64,000 nucleotides of DNA. It comes from a virus. Location: the IMG/VR virus record IMGVR_UViG_3300025818_000017. The stretch is one strand, 5' to 3'. The notes beneath the pieces were generated by a model that saw nothing but the letters and a program-made list of their open reading frames with translations, ran no database searches and was not told the DNA's origin. Numbering within the stretch: the first letter of the stretch is position 1; each line of letters starts with the position of its first letter. The position numbers and the translations under genes are program-made. Of the stretch, positions 58,358 to 64,000 are shown piece after piece.

Positions 58358-59560
58358 ATGGCTAAACAAACGATCAATATCGGGGCAAGTGCAAACGATG
58401 GTACTGGGGATAATCTCAGGGACGCATTTGACAAAATTAATGATAATTTCACGGAAGTTTACACGGAACTTGGCGGAACAAGTCTCAGCAACCTATCTTT
58501 CTCCGGTAATACCATTTCATCTGACAACTCCAACGGCGACATTAACTTTGATCCAAATGGTACAGGAAACACGGTTATTTCAAGCGGTAACTTCTTACCA
58601 GCAAGCGATTCAGCCATTCAGAATCTAGGTAGCCCAACTGATAAATGGACTAACATCTATGCCGCACAGATGCACGTAGATTCTATGGTGCTAACTGCTA
58701 TCAATAATACCACCATTGGTGCCACTACTCCATCAACAGGTGCGTTCACCTCAGTAACTGTTGACAACATCACTATCGACGGTGACGATATTTCGTCATC
58801 TGGTACTCTTACATTAGAAGGTACAATCAATGTTGCCGCTGGCGTTGTTACAGGTGCCACATCAATCACATCAACAGCATTTGTCGGTAACCTAACAGGT
58901 AATGTAACTGGAAATGCGGATACAGCAACTACCGCTGGAACTGTAACTACAGCCGCACAACCAACTATTACGTCAGTTGGCACATTGACAAGCCTAGCAG
59001 TATCTGGTGCCGTTACATCTGGCGCTATCACTGCATCATCTGATATCAACGGTACAGAATTAGGTCTAAACGGTAACAAGCTTGTTTCACTAAACACCAA
59101 CTCAGATGTTGAGATTGATCCATCAGGAACGGGTGTTGTGCGTACACTGGCAAACCTTGACCTAAACTCAAATGATATCACAAACGGCGGAACGATCACC
59201 GCAACTACCTTTATTGGTGCCTTAACAGGTAATGCATCTACTGCTACTACTGCCGGAACAGTAACCACTGCTGCACAGCCAACGATTACATCTGTCGGTA
59301 CTCTAACATCACTTACAGTAGCGGGTAACATTCTCCCATTAGCAGACTCTGCTGTACAGAGCATTGGTGCTGCTGCTGACCAATGGACAAACATCTACGC
59401 TTTCCAAGGTCACTTTGAGCGTGTAAATATTACAGGTGGTTCGCAATCGACAGTTGGTTCAGCGGGTGGAGCATCAGCATTACCAGCAAACCCTTCTGGG
59501 TATGTAAAAATAGAGGTTTCTGGTACAGAATACGTCATTCCTTACTACGCCGTATCTTGA
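58358..59560 (+). CDS. tail fibre/baseplate-associated structural protein
   Basis: INIGASANDGTGDNLRDAFDKINDNF; internal TATTAGTVTTAAQPTITSVGTLTSL repeat x2. Confidence 0.85.
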   Translation: MAKQTINIGASANDGTGDNLRDAFDKINDNFTEVYTELGGTSLSNLSFSGNTISSDNSNGDINFDPNGTGNTVISSGNFLPASDSAIQNLGSPTDKWTNIYAAQMHVDSMVLTAINNTTIGATTPSTGAFTSVTVDNITIDGDDISSSGTLTLEGTINVAAGVVTGATSITSTAFVGNLTGNVTGNADTATTAGTVTTAAQPTITSVGTLTSLAVSGAVTSGAITASSDINGTELGLNGNKLVSLNTNSDVEIDPSGTGVVRTLANLDLNSNDITNGGTITATTFIGALTGNASTATTAGTVTTAAQPTITSVGTLTSLTVAGNILPLADSAVQSIGAAADQWTNIYAFQGHFERVNITGGSQSTVGSAGGASALPANPSGYVKIEVSGTEYVIPYYAVS

Positions 59561-59584
59561 TAAATACCATAAAGAGGTATTATT

Positions 59585-62017
59585 ATGGCAGCACCAGTAT
59601 GGTTAACCCCAGCAGGAGACTTGGGTAAAATCCAAGAAGCGGAGTTTTATGACTTCCAACTTGCTTGCCGTGACCCCGATGTGGATGTTCCCGGTTCTGT
59701 AAACCCTGGTATCACATTTTATTTACAATCAGGCACCCTTCCATCAGGTCTTCGTCTTACCAGAGATGGGAGATGCGAAGGTTTTCCAAGTTGCGAAACA
59801 TTCGTTGCTGGTGTTCCAACTAATGTTGGGAAAGATGTGACTTCACGATTTGTTGTTCGTGCCGTATCAAGTGATAATATTGTTGATGACCGAACATTTG
59901 AACTAACGGTTGTTGGTCAGGACGATCCTATTATTCTTACAGATGGCGGTTTGTTAGGGACATACCGTGATGGCGATTATGTTAGCCACCAAATATCTGC
60001 CATCGATTATGATCCAGATGATGAACTAACATTTAGTATTCTAAGCGGCGATGTTCCAGACGGTGTATCTATAAGTTCCGATGGGTTACTATCTGGTTAT
60101 ATTGAGCCTGTTCCAGTTATCGGCGGGACACCTGGTTTTGATAACGACGATAATGGATTTGATATGTTTGGATTTGATTTCAGAACACGATCAGTAAATA
60201 AAAACTATGAATTTACAGTAGTTGTAACCGATGGCAAATCAACTGTCGCAGAAACATATTCACTATTCGTATATGCGGGTGATACATTTACTGCTGATAC
60301 AGATATTCTAACTGCTGATATGTCTGGATATCCATTGACTGCGGATATGACAGCATTGCGTATTCCTGTTCTTCTAACTCAACCGAGTGATATCGGTATT
60401 GTTACACATGATAACTACTTTGCATTCCAGTTTGAAGGCAAAGATTTTGACGGTGATCCGATTGAGTACAGTTTCGGCGTTGGTGATAGCGAAGGCTTTG
60501 ATAATGATAGTGGGTTTGATAGTGAGATAAATGGATTTGACCAAGGTGACCTAGAGTTGCCGCCTGGTTTGACTATTGACCCCGATACAGGATGGCTATA
60601 TGGTTATATTCCAAACCAAGCAGCAACACAAACTGATTATACATTTGCCGTCCGTGTACTGAAAAAGAACAACAACGATTATAAGAGTGATTGGGTATTC
60701 TTCACCATGACTATCGTTGGTGATATACGAAAGATTATCAGTTGGGTTACTGATGCAGATATGGGAAGTATTCGTGTAGGTGAAATCAGCACACTATCGG
60801 TCAAGGCTAATAACACATTAGGTAAAAACCTTTCCTATCGTTTTAAACCTGGTTCAGCAAGTAGAATACCGCAAGGTTTGCGTCTAAGTGCTGATGGTCT
60901 TATTGTTGGAAGACCATCATTCAAAACCTTTATGTTTGATGGTGGAACAACAACATTTGATGGTAATAGCCTGATCATCAATGAAACAACTTTTGAGAGA
61001 ATATTCACATTTACAGTTGAGGCTTACGATGCTGATGGTGATATCAGTGCATTTAGAACGTTCACTATAACTATTGATCCTGGTAAGTTCGTTCCTCATG
61101 AAAATCTATGGTTCAAAGCATATCCAAAAGTTTCACAGCGTGAAATCTGGGAAAGCCTCATTCAATCACCTGATGATTTTCCAAATGAAGCGATCTACCG
61201 CAAAACAGATTATTGGTATGGTATCCAATCAGATATCAGGTTTATTGCTACTACTGGTCTAAACCCAAGTACTGCGACTGAGATGATTGCGACAATGGCT
61301 AAGAACCACTATAACAAGCGCGTTGCTCTTGGTCCACTCAAAAAAGCTCGTGCTGTTCGTAATGGTGTAGTTCAATATGAAGTGGTTTACGCTGAAATTA
61401 TTGATCGTGAAGAAAATACACAAAGGAAGTCCACCTCAATAAGTATTGACTTTTACAATAATCATAACAATCAATGGGCAAATCCAGTTCTTGTAAATGA
61501 TACAAATGGGTTCACGGGGGATAGTGATGCTATAAGTGCCGGCGATACAGATCAACACGTATTTTATCCAAACTCATTCAAAAACATGAATCAACGCTTC
61601 CTAAATGAAATTGGGCAACTTGAACTTGAAAGTCTCCCATTATGGATGCGTAGCAAACAAGATGACGGAACTATTTTAGGATTTACCCCAGCCGTTGTTG
61701 TCGCTTATGTAAATCCTGGTTATGCCGATAGAATCATTTTCAATATCAACCGTAGAACAGATATTGATTTGAAGAAAATCGAGTTTATCGTTGACCGATA
61801 TATCTGGGATTATGATATGAGTGTAAACTACGATAAAGATAACGACGAATGGAACGAAACATCTGAAACAACATTTGATTTGGATGACGGCATTGATGAA
61901 CAAACGCTATTTGACGGCGATGGAACACGATTCTTGGCCAACTCATTCCTATATAAAGACGAGAAAGATGATGGAGACACATTCCTAAAGTTTCCACAAG
62001 AAACAATAGAACGATAA
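59585..62017 (+). CDS. baseplate wedge protein with Ig-like repeats
   Basis: PVWLTPAG, LPSGL, LPPGL.IDP.TGWLYG. Confidence 0.75.
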   Translation: MAAPVWLTPAGDLGKIQEAEFYDFQLACRDPDVDVPGSVNPGITFYLQSGTLPSGLRLTRDGRCEGFPSCETFVAGVPTNVGKDVTSRFVVRAVSSDNIVDDRTFELTVVGQDDPIILTDGGLLGTYRDGDYVSHQISAIDYDPDDELTFSILSGDVPDGVSISSDGLLSGYIEPVPVIGGTPGFDNDDNGFDMFGFDFRTRSVNKNYEFTVVVTDGKSTVAETYSLFVYAGDTFTADTDILTADMSGYPLTADMTALRIPVLLTQPSDIGIVTHDNYFAFQFEGKDFDGDPIEYSFGVGDSEGFDNDSGFDSEINGFDQGDLELPPGLTIDPDTGWLYGYIPNQAATQTDYTFAVRVLKKNNNDYKSDWVFFTMTIVGDIRKIISWVTDADMGSIRVGEISTLSVKANNTLGKNLSYRFKPGSASRIPQGLRLSADGLIVGRPSFKTFMFDGGTTTFDGNSLIINETTFERIFTFTVEAYDADGDISAFRTFTITIDPGKFVPHENLWFKAYPKVSQREIWESLIQSPDDFPNEAIYRKTDYWYGIQSDIRFIATTGLNPSTATEMIATMAKNHYNKRVALGPLKKARAVRNGVVQYEVVYAEIIDREENTQRKSTSISIDFYNNHNNQWANPVLVNDTNGFTGDSDAISAGDTDQHVFYPNSFKNMNQRFLNEIGQLELESLPLWMRSKQDDGTILGFTPAVVVAYVNPGYADRIIFNINRRTDIDLKKIEFIVDRYIWDYDMSVNYDKDNDEWNETSETTFDLDDGIDEQTLFDGDGTRFLANSFLYKDEKDDGDTFLKFPQETIER

Positions 62018-62055
62018 ATATGTATAAATACATTATACAAATGGAGATATTATAA

Positions 62056-62787
62056 ATGACCTCAAATGTGAATCCAAACAATATTGACGGCACATATCCA
62101 GTGGCTGGACAAGACAATGATAGCCAGGGTTTTAGAGACAACTTCACCAACATCAAGACAAACTTCACGGAAGCGAAGACCGAGATTGAAGACTTACAGA
62201 GTAAAGTTATCCTAAAATCCGCACTAACTGGAACAACACTTGATAACAGCGGTGGTGGTGCCCTACTAAAAGACTTTGAAACTCGTGACTTTGCGGAAAC
62301 CCGTGTAGCAAAAGGTTCTACATCTGGTACAGTTACTTGCAGTTACAGCGAAGGTTCATACCAAACTGTTTCAACAAGCGGTTCTATCACTCTTGCTTTC
62401 ACCAACTTCCCAGCATCTGGTAAGTTAGGTCGTATTAGAGTTGAGGTAGATATCACTAATACAGCCCATACCGTTACCCTACCAGCGGCAGTAACTGTTG
62501 GTACGGGAAGCATTCAGGGTTACGCAAGTAACATCATCACTTTTGATACTACAGGTACATATATCTTTGAGTTCACAACACACGATGCTGGTTCAGTTAT
62601 CTCCATTCAAGACCTAACTCGTGGTGGTGGGCTTTCATTAGATCAACGTACACCAGCGACAAGTGCTGGACAATCTGGCGATGTTGCTGGAATGATTGTG
62701 GTAGATGCCTCATACATCTACATCTGCACAGGGACTTATGACGGAAGTACCGCAGTATGGAAACGTGTTGCTATTAGCACATTCTAA
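62056..62787 (+). CDS. virion structural protein
   Basis: YPVAGQDNDSQGFRDNF; late promoter. Confidence 0.7.
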   Translation: MTSNVNPNNIDGTYPVAGQDNDSQGFRDNFTNIKTNFTEAKTEIEDLQSKVILKSALTGTTLDNSGGGALLKDFETRDFAETRVAKGSTSGTVTCSYSEGSYQTVSTSGSITLAFTNFPASGKLGRIRVEVDITNTAHTVTLPAAVTVGTGSIQGYASNIITFDTTGTYIFEFTTHDAGSVISIQDLTRGGGLSLDQRTPATSAGQSGDVAGMIVVDASYIYICTGTYDGSTAVWKRVAISTF

Positions 62788-62797
62788 GGAATGAATA

Positions 62798-63091
62798 ATG
62801 CGTTTATCTCAACTATACGAAGGAATGATTGACTTCCAAACTCTCGCCAATCGTGTATGGGATTTCGCACATAAACCATATGAGGAAAGAGGTTTCGTGA
62901 GCGAGCTTGCCCGTAAAGACCCTAACTCATATTGGAAGTTTTTAGCAAATATGGTAAACGGTATCAATCCACCAGCGAAGTGGAATAGAGAACCGGATTG
63001 GGATAGCGTAGAAGAACTTGCCCAGCGTATGCAAGCAAATACATATGACCATACAATGTATGCAAAGTTAGCAGCAAGCAAGGAGTGGTAG
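62798..63091 (+). CDS. putative internal head protein
   Basis: MRLSQLYE N-terminus. Confidence 0.5.
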   Translation: MRLSQLYEGMIDFQTLANRVWDFAHKPYEERGFVSELARKDPNSYWKFLANMVNGINPPAKWNREPDWDSVEELAQRMQANTYDHTMYAKLAASKEW

Positions 63092-64000
63092 ATGCGTGAC
63101 CTATTGAATAAACTGGACATGCTACAAGAAAGCCCAAAATCTGATTTCAAGCAGATGTTTCAGTTTCTGGACCCAAAGGAAAATGTAGAGACACTTGGTA
63201 TCGCCAAAGAAAACTTTGATTGGGCATACAAAACATTCCAAACAAACGGCAAACCAAATAGCGCACAAATCCTATGGTATATGCGCTACGTCCGTCTGTT
63301 CATTCTAAGTCATTTGGCTGGCGCTGTTCCAGAATATCAATCGGTATTTGATAAAGAAAAAACAAAAATGTCCAATAAGATGGGCGAAGACGGCGGCGAG
63401 CTTGTCTCTGTAGCGAAGCAGATGGTATTGTCCAACTGGTTCAAGAATAAGATTGAACACTTCAAGTCACTTGAACTTGAAAACATTGATACCTTAGAGT
63501 TTGGATGGAACCCATCACAAAAGATTTTAGATGCTATGGAAACCATTGAGGAACGCTGGAAAGAAAACGCCAGGTTCAATATCTCATTGGACCAATACGA
63601 TAGAAGCGATGATCATCATATGGGCAAGCCAGAAAAACTCATTGACTTTGGTGATGGCTTTGCGTGGTGGGATTTAGCCAGACCTTCTTGCTCCATTGAA
63701 GGTAATGCTATGGGGCATTGTGGTAACTCCCCTCGCTCATATAGTGATGATACAGTTCTTTCACTTCGTAAAGAAGTTCAGCAGAAGGGCAAAACATATT
63801 ACCAACCATACCTAACATTCATTCTGCAAAGTGATGGAACACTTGGAGAAATGAAAGGTCGTTTCAACGAGAAACCACAGTCAGAGTTTCATCCATATAT
63901 TGTAGCTCTACTCAAACACGATGCTATCAAAGGTATTGAGGGCGGTGGTTATCTCGCACAAAACAACTTCTCTATGAATGACTTGGACGATGACGAGAGA
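63092..64000 (+). CDS. PcfJ-like domain protein, truncated by window end (not in ORF track)
   Basis: open frame to the end; EGNAMGHCG...LSLR...PYLT..E.KGR.N..P. Confidence 0.65.
   Translation, partial: MRDLLNKLDMLQESPKSDFKQMFQFLDPKENVETLGIAKENFDWAYKTFQTNGKPNSAQILWYMRYVRLFILSHLAGAVPEYQSVFDKEKTKMSNKMGEDGGELVSVAKQMVLSNWFKNKIEHFKSLELENIDTLEFGWNPSQKILDAMETIEERWKENARFNISLDQYDRSDDHHMGKPEKLIDFGDGFAWWDLARPSCSIEGNAMGHCGNSPRSYSDDTVLSLRKEVQQKGKTYYQPYLTFILQSDGTLGEMKGRFNEKPQSEFHPYIVALLKHDAIKGIEGGGYLAQNNFSMNDLDDDER

Noticed and set aside
525-63579. Many antisense or alternate-frame ORF-track entries (e.g. 1038-1568, 12669-12998, 53349-53903, 58657-59394, 43136-43387)
   Set aside because: They overlap well-supported genes and lack RBSs or motifs.
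1-64000. Stop-codon reassignment (TAG readthrough) as in some jumbo phages
   Set aside because: Conserved genes are intact under the standard code, and TAG ends several coupled genes cleanly (15975, 44072, 63091).

Overview
This is a 64-kb segment of an AT-rich T4-like jumbo phage. It has sigma70-type early promoters (TTGACA-N16-18-TATAAT/TATACT), (A)TAAATA late promoters, densely packed genes and baseplate/tail-fibre genes at the right end. An alphaproteobacterial host is inferred from the permuted tmRNA and its tag, a ROSE-like thermometer, and a phasin-like gene with a PhaR-like box. Main content: (1) a circularly permuted two-piece tmRNA (tag AASNDNAIEDIRLAA) plus translation and proteostasis genes (Smr, S4-like, YafQ-like, Pth2, bS21, IF1, CCA-adding enzyme, ClpX, ClpS, Hsp20, HtrA); (2) a UDP-glucose dehydrogenase gene fractured by a naturally split intein, with a free-standing endonuclease between the halves under a late-promoter/RBS-occluding hairpin; (3) a TROVE/Ro60-like gene whose ~230-nt leader holds two tandem stem-CAGCAA-stem RNA elements and a competing terminator-like hairpin; (4) a three-gene nucleotidyltransferase module with capsid-targeting-like N-termini; (5) sugar-modification clusters; (6) a ubiquitin-like domain fused to a LamG-like protein and a solo Cap15-like protein. 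I found no CRISPR array or canonical tRNA. All family calls are by eye from motifs; no searches were run.
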